A stretch of DNA of 31,985 nucleotides from an uncultured Lachnospiraceae bacterium (GTDB lineage Bacteria > Bacillota > Clostridia > Lachnospirales > Lachnospiraceae): assembly GCA_948762045.1 (NCBI GenBank), contig CAQBPW010000043.1, positions 1 to 31,985 of the forward strand, read 5' to 3'. Shown here in pieces: positions 15,882 through 24,641 of the stretch. Position numbers and translations under genes: made by a program. Below the pieces are notes generated by a model, which was given only the letters and a program-made list of their open reading frames with translations, searched no databases and was not told the DNA's origin. How positions within the stretch are numbered: the first letter of the stretch is position 1; each line of letters starts with the position of its first letter.

Positions 15882-18254
15882 CTACTCTGCTGCCCGCATC
15901 TGCTCTATTAGGGATTGTTTTTTCTGCCTACGAATCACCCAAGCGGTCAGGATAAATTCTATACTAAACAGTCCCAAGATAAACAGTCCCATTTCAAGGG
16001 TAGGAAATTGATATGGAACAATTTTGCCGCTAAAAGATCGCTTGCTCAGTTCCCTGCATACCATAACTGCAATTGGAAGTCCCATAAATAAGACTGTCAA
16101 AATAACAAAACAGGTATAACAAAGCCCCTCACAAATATTCATCTGATATAGTTGTTTCTTTGTCAGACCAATCGAGCACAAGATACTGTTTTCCCGTTTT
16201 CGAAACATCTGATTGGAAAGTGTCGTATTGATTAAATTAATAACTCCAAACAGGAAAATCAACCAAGAAAATGCCTGCATACTCCCGAAAATAAAAGAAT
16301 TTTGCCATTTCTCATATTCAATATGTGCCTCAATAGTATCCAATCCAATATTGCTGTGGTTAGACAGGATTTTTTGCAGTCCGTTTTCCACGCTCTCTGA
16401 TTTTTCTGAATCACTGACAATACTCCAAGAATAGTCAAAATTTTTAATTTCAGGCAGAATCTCTTGAAATAGTGCTTCTGGTGCAAACATAGAAACACTG
16501 TCAAGAAAAAGTGCACCATGCCCATTTCCAATCTTAGTTACATCAAATAAACCACATATCGTAACAGTCGTGGTTTTTTGACCCAAAGACAGTTCCATAA
16601 CCGCCCCTACCGTCATATCATCATAATGTTTATGATAATTTGTACCCAAAATAACGCTGTGTGAATCCTTCGGCATCGTACCAGATACCAGTGCAGCTTC
16701 TACTGACAAAACGTTTTCGTCAGTCAGCATATCGCACATACCTACGGAAGCATTTTTAGAAGTTCGAAATGCTGCATGTACGGATCTACGTGTAACCAGC
16801 ACCTCTGCTACCCCATCCACAGATAAAATTTCCTGCCGCAGCTTTTCATTCAGCGGATTATCGATACTCATAATTTCCGTTTCTGACTGCTCCGAAGCCA
16901 AATAGATTTTATAATCTCCGTCCGAAAAAAACAGTCTTGCCGCCTGCTCCGGCGATCGAGTCAGCAGCATAGAAGATACAATTAAAAGAATCATTCCACC
17001 CAAACTTAAAGATGCTACAATACTAACCGCCTTTCTGCGATCACGCAGAAAATTCGCTATCCCCATAGATACAGGATTTAATTTTATATGTTTCTTCCGA
17101 CTGTATATTTTTTCCTGTCCCATAGAAAAACGCATTGCTTCCAGCGGTGAAATTCCGGCAGCTATTTTAACTGGTCTGCGAACAGAAACAGCCACCATAA
17201 ACCTGCAGATCCATACTGTGAAAAAAACAACCATCCCATAAGAAACAATATGAACACCTTTTGGGAATAAAACCAATCCTGCACAGACTCCCAAAAAAAC
17301 TCCAAACAAAATTCCCATACTGCCAAGCTGTCGGCTCTCTCTCTTTACTATACCCCGAAGCTGTTTTGGCGTTGTGCCAATTGTACGAAGCTGTCCATAA
17401 CTTCGAATCTTATTATTGACAGAGATGCAAAAAATACTCTGAATAACAACATAGCCGCCAATCAGTACAAGAATTGCAGCACCGCCAACTGTAACAAAAT
17501 CAATCGACCTTGAATAATAAGTGAAATAATTACTATTTATTCCCGCAGGAGGCAGATCATATTGAGCGGCAATCTCTTTGCAGCGGGCAGTTATAATCTC
17601 CTGACCGAGCTGCCGATCATTCTGAAAATGTACATAGGCACGATATCCAACCGGATTAAAGCCTGCCCATTCTGTCAATGTCTCCTTTGAAATAATAAAG
17701 ACACAGATATTTTCCTCTTCCTCACTCATACCCCTCATAATACCAGTCACCATATATTCCCCTTGAAAACTTTCCGTATCCAACAGAACCGTTTCACCAA
17801 TTCCAGCATTAGAGCCATAAGCAGAAAGAAAATATTCGCTGACAACAACTTCATTTGCCTGTTTCGGAAGCCGCCCTTTTACCAATTCCATCTGACTGCG
17901 GGCAATATACATCATCTCACTGTCACAGTACACATACGATGCATGATATCCCCGTTCCGAGTGCTCCTGCCCCAACAGATAATATTCACCCACGCGGGCA
18001 AACTCTGGCAAACCTTTTAAAACTGCCACATCCGATTCATCAACACCAGTAAAAACCGCCTCATAAGTATCAGCCACCTGACGGCGTTGCATCTGTGTAA
18101 TTGAAACAGATGTAATTCCTGCAAAACAAATCAAAAATGCCGCTAATCCAACCGCAACCACTACCATCAGATTCCTGCGTCTCTCACTTTTCAGACTCCT
18201 TTTTGCTAACTTCTTTACAACAGCACGGGTATCATTTTCAAAAGGCCAAGTCAT
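15882..18254 (-). CDS. ABC-transporter permease of the FtsX/MacB family (two FtsX-like 4-TM modules); no adjacent ATPase gene
   Basis: 790 aa; N-terminal TM then large extracytoplasmic domain then TM bundle, repeated; AGGAGG RBS 9 nt upstream of ATG. Confidence 0.7.
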   Translation of the reverse strand: MTWPFENDTRAVVKKLAKRSLKSERRRNLMVVVAVGLAAFLICFAGITSVSITQMQRRQVADTYEAVFTGVDESDVAVLKGLPEFARVGEYYLLGQEHSERGYHASYVYCDSEMMYIARSQMELVKGRLPKQANEVVVSEYFLSAYGSNAGIGETVLLDTESFQGEYMVTGIMRGMSEEEENICVFIISKETLTEWAGFNPVGYRAYVHFQNDRQLGQEIITARCKEIAAQYDLPPAGINSNYFTYYSRSIDFVTVGGAAILVLIGGYVVIQSIFCISVNNKIRSYGQLRTIGTTPKQLRGIVKRESRQLGSMGILFGVFLGVCAGLVLFPKGVHIVSYGMVVFFTVWICRFMVAVSVRRPVKIAAGISPLEAMRFSMGQEKIYSRKKHIKLNPVSMGIANFLRDRRKAVSIVASLSLGGMILLIVSSMLLTRSPEQAARLFFSDGDYKIYLASEQSETEIMSIDNPLNEKLRQEILSVDGVAEVLVTRRSVHAAFRTSKNASVGMCDMLTDENVLSVEAALVSGTMPKDSHSVILGTNYHKHYDDMTVGAVMELSLGQKTTTVTICGLFDVTKIGNGHGALFLDSVSMFAPEALFQEILPEIKNFDYSWSIVSDSEKSESVENGLQKILSNHSNIGLDTIEAHIEYEKWQNSFIFGSMQAFSWLIFLFGVINLINTTLSNQMFRKRENSILCSIGLTKKQLYQMNICEGLCYTCFVILTVLFMGLPIAVMVCRELSKRSFSGKIVPYQFPTLEMGLFILGLFSIEFILTAWVIRRQKKQSLIEQMRAAE

Positions 18255-18495
18255 AATTCACCGCCTCCTGAACCCAAACTCCTATCCCTCTCAATCCCCA
18301 CAATTTACTCCACCAAACAGCACCATCCCGCCATCCCCCAAAAACATTCCAAACAATCCTCTGCAATACTTTCATCTTAATCTAAGACACTCCTTTCTAA
18401 ACAATTTCCCTTATAGAGCCTATTATAAAATCCAAATATCACAGAAATGTCCGAATGAAACCATTCTCGTTTCATTTTTTATGACCCCATTCTTT

Positions 18496-19164
18496 CTATC
18501 TTCTATCCTCTATCTTCCCCTTTTCACAAAACGGTTTCTCGTTTCGTTTCTCACAGAACTGTTTCGAAAAAATACAACCGCAGTAATTCTGCCGATAAAG
18601 TCCATACTCCCTTGAAAGTTCAATAGAACGCTGGTATCCATTCTTCTTCTTAAAATCAGAAAAAAGATAAGGTACACCATACTCTTCTGAAAGAACCGCA
18701 CCAATTTCATTTAACTTCTCTGCATTTTTCAAAGGACTAATACTCAAAGTAGTTGTAAAATAATCAAATCCCCCCTGCTGTGCCATCCGAGCTGTCTCCT
18801 CTAATCTTAACCTATAGCAACGAAAACACCTCTCTCCGCCTTCCCTTTCCCCTTCCAATCCCTTCACCGCATCAAAAAATCGCTCCTGTCTATACTCTCC
18901 CTCCAAAAAATGCACCGGATACCGAAACGGCATAGCAGCAATCAACCGCTTCTCCTCCTCTACCCGATACCGATATTCCTTCTCAGGAGAAATATTCGGA
19001 TTAAAATAAAACACCGTAATTTCAAAATAATTCGATAAATACTCCATTACATAACTAGAACAAGGAGCACAACAACTATGTAAAAGAAGTCTCTTTCCTA
19101 TCCCCTCCTGTTCCTGCATTTTTTCCAATATTCGTTCCAATATCTTCTGATAATTCTCAGCCAT
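18496..19164 (-). CDS. queH: Epoxyqueuosine reductase QueH (DUF208)
   Basis: 222 aa; LLLHSCCAPCSSYV...CFRCYRLR...NYCGC cysteine pattern typical of QueH. Confidence 0.8.
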   Translation of the reverse strand: MAENYQKILERILEKMQEQEGIGKRLLLHSCCAPCSSYVMEYLSNYFEITVFYFNPNISPEKEYRYRVEEEKRLIAAMPFRYPVHFLEGEYRQERFFDAVKGLEGEREGGERCFRCYRLRLEETARMAQQGGFDYFTTTLSISPLKNAEKLNEIGAVLSEEYGVPYLFSDFKKKNGYQRSIELSREYGLYRQNYCGCIFSKQFCEKRNEKPFCEKGKIEDRR

Positions 19165-19318
19165 ACTCCTAAACTACATCCTTCCTAATTCAAAATCCCA
19201 TCTCTATCCACACACCAAAAAATATCATACCACTCCTCATTCCACCAAACCACCCCAAAATTCCCTCCCATTCCCACCTGAATAAAAAATAAAAATCAAA
19301 TCTATCGCCAGAAAGAAC

Positions 19319-19566
19319 CAGCTGGAGTTTGGAAGCCCTTTCTCTATGCAGTGACTTCGGAGAAAAGTTAGAAAGTCTTATGCCTCTGTCGATCTCCTAG
19401 GATTTTTGCCATCTTCTGATGGCAAAAAAGGGGTGTGTTTAGCCCGCTGCACGGGCGAATTGCACCCCGGTCCGTCCGGTTGGATATATTTTCATTCAGA
19501 GGCATTAGACTTTCTTACTTTTCGGAGAGCGGAACAGCATAGAGAAAGGGCTTCCAAACTCCAGCG
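19319..19566 (+). repeat. Family-1 structured palindromic repeat, copy 1e
   Basis: arms ccagctggagtttggaagccctttctctatgcagtgacttcgg... / ...gcatagagaaagggcttccaaactccagcg. Internal hairpin has a compensatory pair change (gccatc-ttct-gatggc vs gccatt-ctcg-aatggc). Confidence 0.85.
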
Positions 19567-19712
19567 TCCTCTACACCATCCCCCAGCTTTTCCATCCTAA
19601 TATCCACACATCATCCCCCAACTTTCCCATCTCAATATTCACACCATCCCCCCAACTTTCCCATCTCAGTATCCACACCATTCCCATTCCCCTCAACCTT
19701 CACTTTTTTCTA

Positions 19713-21221
19713 TCAAGAAATCCCATACAACTTCTCATACTTTTCCGTAAGATACCCCACAAAATAATCGGGATTAAATTCCTCCCCAGTAGCTTCCTTT
19801 AAAATCTCCCGTGCCTCCTTAAAAGCACCATACTGGTGCACATACCGATGCAAAAACTCCCGTACAGCCCCAATATTTCCCTTAGAAAGCTCCGCCTCCA
19901 CATCTATCTCACTCTTCATCTTAGCATAAATCTGAGCCGCAAAAGCATTTCCAAGTGCATAAGAAGGAAAATACCCAATATCCCCCATAGACCAATGTAC
20001 ATCCTGCAAAATCCCCACCGTATCATTCTCTGGTACCACTCCCAAATACTCCTGATACTTCTCCTTCCAAAGCCGAGACAGTTCCTCCACCTCCACTTCC
20101 CCATTTATCATCAGCTTTTCCAACTCATACCGAACCATAATATGCAGACAATACGTCAGCTCATCTGCCTCTGTTCGAATCTCATCTGCCCGAACCCGAT
20201 TAATTGCCGCTACAAACTGATCCAAAGAAACCTCCCCCAACTGTTCTGGAAACGTTTCTACTAACTTTCCATAAATAGGCACCCAAAAAGCCCGGCTCCT
20301 CCCAATCATATTTTCCATCAGCCGAGACTGTGACTCATGAATCCCACAGGAAGCTCCTTCTCCCAACACAGTCTGCGTATACCGATCCGCAATCCCCTGT
20401 TCATAAATCGCATGTCCGCTCTCATGAATTGTAGAAAAAATTGCCCCTGCCAAATTCTCCTCATAATAATGAGTCGTAATCCGCACATCATGATTATGCC
20501 AAGCCGTTGTAAAAGGATGTTCACTTTCCGCAATCACTCCACGATTCAAATCAAATCCAATATACTCCGCCAAAAACCGATTAAACTCCTTCTGCTTCTC
20601 AATATCATACTTCTGATACAAAAAAGAATCCTCAATCTGCGGCTTCTTTTGAATCTTTCGAAGCAGCGGAAGAATCCCCGCCTTTAGCTTTTCAAAAAAT
20701 ACATCTAACACTTCCACGGAAAAATCCTCTTCATAATCATCTAAAAGCACATCATACCCGTTTAATTTCTCTGTCGCACCATAAGAAGCAAACTTTTTGC
20801 AGTATGCGATCACTTCCTTTAAATAAGGAGCAAAGATTGAAAAATCATTTTCTTTTTTTGCCCTCTGCCATGCCTTCTGCGACTTTGACTTCAGTTCCGC
20901 ATAAGCCCGCTTCTCCTCCTTAGGAATTGCTTCTGTTTTTCTCAAATTTTTCTTTATTTTTCGAATAATCGCCTGCTCCGTCTCTTCCTGCTCCTTTGTC
21001 TCTTCTGTTTTAGACTCATAGTCCTCTAAAATCTTCTTTACCTGCGGATTAGTCAGACACAAAAAATCCTCTTCCGATAAAATCCCGATTACCTTTGCCG
21101 TATACTCTCCTGCTTCCTTTGGTGCAAGAGTTGCATCGTCCCAATCTAATAGGGCAAGTGCTGTCTGTAAAGCCATATGTTTTTCCAAATAAGGCACTAA
21201 CTGTTCAAAAAGCTGACTCAT
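19713..21221 (-). CDS. M32 family carboxypeptidase (carboxypeptidase Taq-like)
   Basis: 502 aa; HESGHAIYEQG zinc motif and overall M32 architecture. Confidence 0.85.
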   Translation of the reverse strand: MSQLFEQLVPYLEKHMALQTALALLDWDDATLAPKEAGEYTAKVIGILSEEDFLCLTNPQVKKILEDYESKTEETKEQEETEQAIIRKIKKNLRKTEAIPKEEKRAYAELKSKSQKAWQRAKKENDFSIFAPYLKEVIAYCKKFASYGATEKLNGYDVLLDDYEEDFSVEVLDVFFEKLKAGILPLLRKIQKKPQIEDSFLYQKYDIEKQKEFNRFLAEYIGFDLNRGVIAESEHPFTTAWHNHDVRITTHYYEENLAGAIFSTIHESGHAIYEQGIADRYTQTVLGEGASCGIHESQSRLMENMIGRSRAFWVPIYGKLVETFPEQLGEVSLDQFVAAINRVRADEIRTEADELTYCLHIMVRYELEKLMINGEVEVEELSRLWKEKYQEYLGVVPENDTVGILQDVHWSMGDIGYFPSYALGNAFAAQIYAKMKSEIDVEAELSKGNIGAVREFLHRYVHQYGAFKEAREILKEATGEEFNPDYFVGYLTEKYEKLYGIS

Positions 21222-21288
21222 AATAAACTCCTTTCTTTTTTAGCAAAACCGGAAAGCAGCCTTTTCTTCTCACTGCTTTCCGGTTATT

Positions 21289-21741
21289 TTAAAAGTATTT
21301 CTTACTTCCCCAAAGATTATTCCTTTTTAAATCCAAATATTCGTTATAAGCTTTTTCTAAAATCTGCTTTTCATTTGAAAATTTTAATAAGTGGTAAGCC
21401 TCATGAAATTTATAATAACCTGAATCCATGAAAAACTCTTCCCGCTGTGGTTTGCTGTAATAGCTGTCCGACATCATCAGATACCAGTGTACATCTTTCT
21501 CTACCATATCAGCAGGAGTTGCAAACGTATATTGGCTTTTTCCTACATATTTAATTATATTTCCCTTTACTCCTGATTCCTCCAATACTTCACGTAACGC
21601 AGTCTCCTTATACTCTTCTCCAGCCTCTACAGTCCCTTTTGGTAATACCCATCCCTCATATTTATTCTTATAATTTTTATATAAGAGTAAAATCTTACCT
21701 CGAAAAATAACCACACCGCCACAGCTCGTTGCTTCAATCAT
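21289..21741 (-). CDS. Nudix hydrolase
   Basis: Nudix box GWVLPKGTVEAGEEYKETALREVLEESGV (GX5EX7REUXEEXGU); start set at MIEATSCGGVV. Confidence 0.8.
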   Translation of the reverse strand: MIEATSCGGVVIFRGKILLLYKNYKNKYEGWVLPKGTVEAGEEYKETALREVLEESGVKGNIIKYVGKSQYTFATPADMVEKDVHWYLMMSDSYYSKPQREEFFMDSGYYKFHEAYHLLKFSNEKQILEKAYNEYLDLKRNNLWGSKKYF

Positions 21742-21851
21742 TGCAATTCCTCCTGTCCTTTGGTGTGAAACCAAAACTAGGATAAGTATACCTCAATTGA
21801 CAGAATTATGCAAGTAAATCCAAAAATATATAGAAATTTTCTGTTACTATT

Positions 21852-24620
21852 TTAGGATTCTTCCTGATCGAGAGAATACCATGTCCGAAACAGCTTATCT
21901 GCTATCGCCGCCGCTTTTGTACTTCCTGCTCCTCCCTCTTCTACAATCACACTCACTGCAATCTCTGGTTCCTCTGCAGGAGCAAACCCTACAAACCAAG
22001 AATGTGCCTCTTTCTTTACATCCCACTCTGCCGTTCCGGTCTTTCCTGCCACGGTATAATCCTCCGATGCAGCACGGCTTCCGGTTCCTTCTTCAACACA
22101 CAGCATCATCCATTCTGTCAGTCTCTCTGCTTCTTCCTGGCTAATTGGTTCTCTGTACTTTTTTGGTCTATATTTCTTTACAGTAAATCCATGTGCATCT
22201 GTTATCCGATCTACAAAATAAGGCTTCATCATTACTCCGTCATTGGCAATCGCTGCTGCTATCATCGCCTGATGAAGCGGCGTCATCTCTGCCGTTCCCT
22301 GTCCGATTGCCGTCTGCATCTTCTCCCAGTCAGGTGAATCCTGCTTCCATTCAAATTGACTCGATACATAAGATAGGGCAATCGGTAAATCCTGATTTAG
22401 TAAAAAACTCTCACAAAGATCCGTAAACCGCTCTGCTGAAAGCTTTGATGCAATACTGGCAAAAGCCCCATTGCAGGATTTGGCAAAAGCCGTTTCAAAG
22501 GAAATTGTTCCATGTGCTTTTTTATGATAACACTGAATAACAGCCCCCTGATACTCATAGGAACCCTCACAAGTATAGGAAAAATCAGAAATTTCTTCTG
22601 GAAATTCTCTGGCATACTCCAATGCCGTTAAAATCTTAAATGTAGAACCAGGCGGATAACGCCCCTGCGTAGCACGATTTAATAGATAACTCTGCTCGGT
22701 ATCAGGATTCTCCGAAAGCGATTCCCAGATCTCTTCTATTTGATTGGGATTATAATCCGGTTTTGAAACCATTGCAAGCACCTTTCCAGTAGAAGGCTCC
22801 ATCACTACTACAGCCCCCTTTTCCTCTCCCAATGCTTCCCAAGCCGCTTTCTGAAGCGGATAATTTAACGTGGTCACAACTTGATTTCCTTTTTCTTTCT
22901 CTCCCTTTACTTCAGCCGCTATCTTTTCATAAATCGGAGCATCGGAAGTCAAAAGCTGAAAATTATAAATCTTTTCCAGTCCGTCCTTTCCACTCTGTGA
23001 ATATCCAACCACATGAGAAAACAAATTGCCAAACGGATACTCTCTTACCTCTGTCCCATCTGCTTCTACCTTTGTCTCTGCCAGAATCTCTCCGTCTGCT
23101 GACAGAATCGATCCCCGCACAACTTTTTTAGCAAACTCTTCCTGCCGCAGATTATAGGGATTATTTACAACTTCCTTACTCTCTGCTAAAAGAAAATATC
23201 CCAGATAACACGGCATCAAAATAAACAATCCGGTAAAAAGATACATAACCAGATAGAATTCCCGATTGCTGTTTCCTTTTTTTATTTGTATTTCTGACTC
23301 TATACTCTGCCCACAATCTGCCCTTACATCTGAATTTACATTTGCATTTGCATCAGAAATATACAGTCCCTGTATAATCCCATACATAATCAGAGAACTC
23401 AGCATCGAACTTCCCCCATAACTGACAAACGGAATCGTTACTCCAGTAGAAGGAATTAACTTCATCGCCCCGCCAATCGTTAAAAATACTTGGATCCCAT
23501 ATTCACAGGCAAGCCCTAATGCCATATATCGATAAAAACGGTGATGCATCTGAATTGCTGCATTTAAAATTAGCAAAAGACAGCCCAAGCAGATAAAAAT
23601 AACACAGATTGCTACTAATCCTCCCATCTCTTCTGCAATTGCCGAAAAGAAAAAATCTTCCTCTACAACCGGAATCTGTGAAGGAGAGCCCTTATTGAGT
23701 CCGACTCCTAACCATCCTCCCGTTCCGATTGCAAAAAGAGATTGTGCTATCTGATACCCTTTGCTTTCAATTACAGACCATGGATCTAACCATGCAGTCA
23801 CTCTGGTCTGAATATGAGAAAATAGCTGATATGCTGTATAGGAAGCCGCTGCCCCCGCCGCCATTCCGCCAAACAGATAAATCGGCTTTTTTGTAGCGAC
23901 ATAGACCATAAATACAAAGACCAATGAAAAGATCAATGCACTCCCTAAATCAGTTGAAGCAACCAAAATCAAGATATGTATTGCTGCTAAAATTCCTGTT
24001 TTTACTACCTGCTTCCAGTCATTTCTTACCTCAAACATAGCAGCAATAAAAAATACATAGCTGATTTTTACAAATTCGGACGGCTGAAAAGAAACACCCA
24101 GCAGTGCAATCGATAACTTTGCACCATAACTGGTCTCTGCCAAAATTAAAACAACCAAAAGCAGCAGTGCCCCGGCAATTCCATAGAGCCATGCAAATTT
24201 TCTCAATGCCTTCCACTTTTTCATAATATAGGGAATTACTGCCATAAAGACCGTACCCAATGCCAAGATTAAAAACTGCCGATTGGCCTTCCCTATCGAA
24301 AGTCTTGCCAGCATAATAAACCCTATCACCATTAACATGCAAACCAAACTGGTTAAAATCTGCGATCCCTCTGGATAAGCTGTATGGAATAACGTCTCCA
24401 TTAAAATCAGATAAACTAACTCTGCCCCATATAAAAGAATTAAATTTTCATTGCCTGTAGAAAGAAACAAGGATAAAAAACCTAAAAAATGAACAGAAAA
24501 CAGACAAATATTTAACACCGCCAGCTTTCTTTTTCTATAATAGGCAAAAGAATAATACGTATATACCATAATCAGCAGAATAATCAGATATTTTGAAAAT
24601 TCCTCTATCAGATGAATCAT
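21852..24620 (-). CDS. Fused SEDS glycosyltransferase (FtsW/RodA/SpoVE family) and class B penicillin-binding protein
   Basis: 922 aa. N-terminal about 420 aa is 10-TM SEDS (GAKLSIALLGVSFQPSEFVK..., IPSTGVTIPFVSYGGSS). It is followed by a TM anchor, PBP dimerisation domain and transpeptidase with STFK (SXXK), SCN (SXN) and KTGT motifs. Confidence 0.85.
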   Translation of the reverse strand: MIHLIEEFSKYLIILLIMVYTYYSFAYYRKRKLAVLNICLFSVHFLGFLSLFLSTGNENLILLYGAELVYLILMETLFHTAYPEGSQILTSLVCMLMVIGFIMLARLSIGKANRQFLILALGTVFMAVIPYIMKKWKALRKFAWLYGIAGALLLLVVLILAETSYGAKLSIALLGVSFQPSEFVKISYVFFIAAMFEVRNDWKQVVKTGILAAIHILILVASTDLGSALIFSLVFVFMVYVATKKPIYLFGGMAAGAAASYTAYQLFSHIQTRVTAWLDPWSVIESKGYQIAQSLFAIGTGGWLGVGLNKGSPSQIPVVEEDFFFSAIAEEMGGLVAICVIFICLGCLLLILNAAIQMHHRFYRYMALGLACEYGIQVFLTIGGAMKLIPSTGVTIPFVSYGGSSMLSSLIMYGIIQGLYISDANANVNSDVRADCGQSIESEIQIKKGNSNREFYLVMYLFTGLFILMPCYLGYFLLAESKEVVNNPYNLRQEEFAKKVVRGSILSADGEILAETKVEADGTEVREYPFGNLFSHVVGYSQSGKDGLEKIYNFQLLTSDAPIYEKIAAEVKGEKEKGNQVVTTLNYPLQKAAWEALGEEKGAVVVMEPSTGKVLAMVSKPDYNPNQIEEIWESLSENPDTEQSYLLNRATQGRYPPGSTFKILTALEYAREFPEEISDFSYTCEGSYEYQGAVIQCYHKKAHGTISFETAFAKSCNGAFASIASKLSAERFTDLCESFLLNQDLPIALSYVSSQFEWKQDSPDWEKMQTAIGQGTAEMTPLHQAMIAAAIANDGVMMKPYFVDRITDAHGFTVKKYRPKKYREPISQEEAERLTEWMMLCVEEGTGSRAASEDYTVAGKTGTAEWDVKKEAHSWFVGFAPAEEPEIAVSVIVEEGGAGSTKAAAIADKLFRTWYSLDQEES

Positions 24621-24641
24621 ACTCTACTACCTCCCTTGTAC

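Noticed and set aside
18440-18480. Hairpin atgaaac-cattctc-gtttcat plus T6 downstream of queH
   Set aside because: The T-tract follows the hairpin only on the plus strand, where nothing is transcribed. On the minus strand it is preceded by A's, so it is not a functional terminator for queH.
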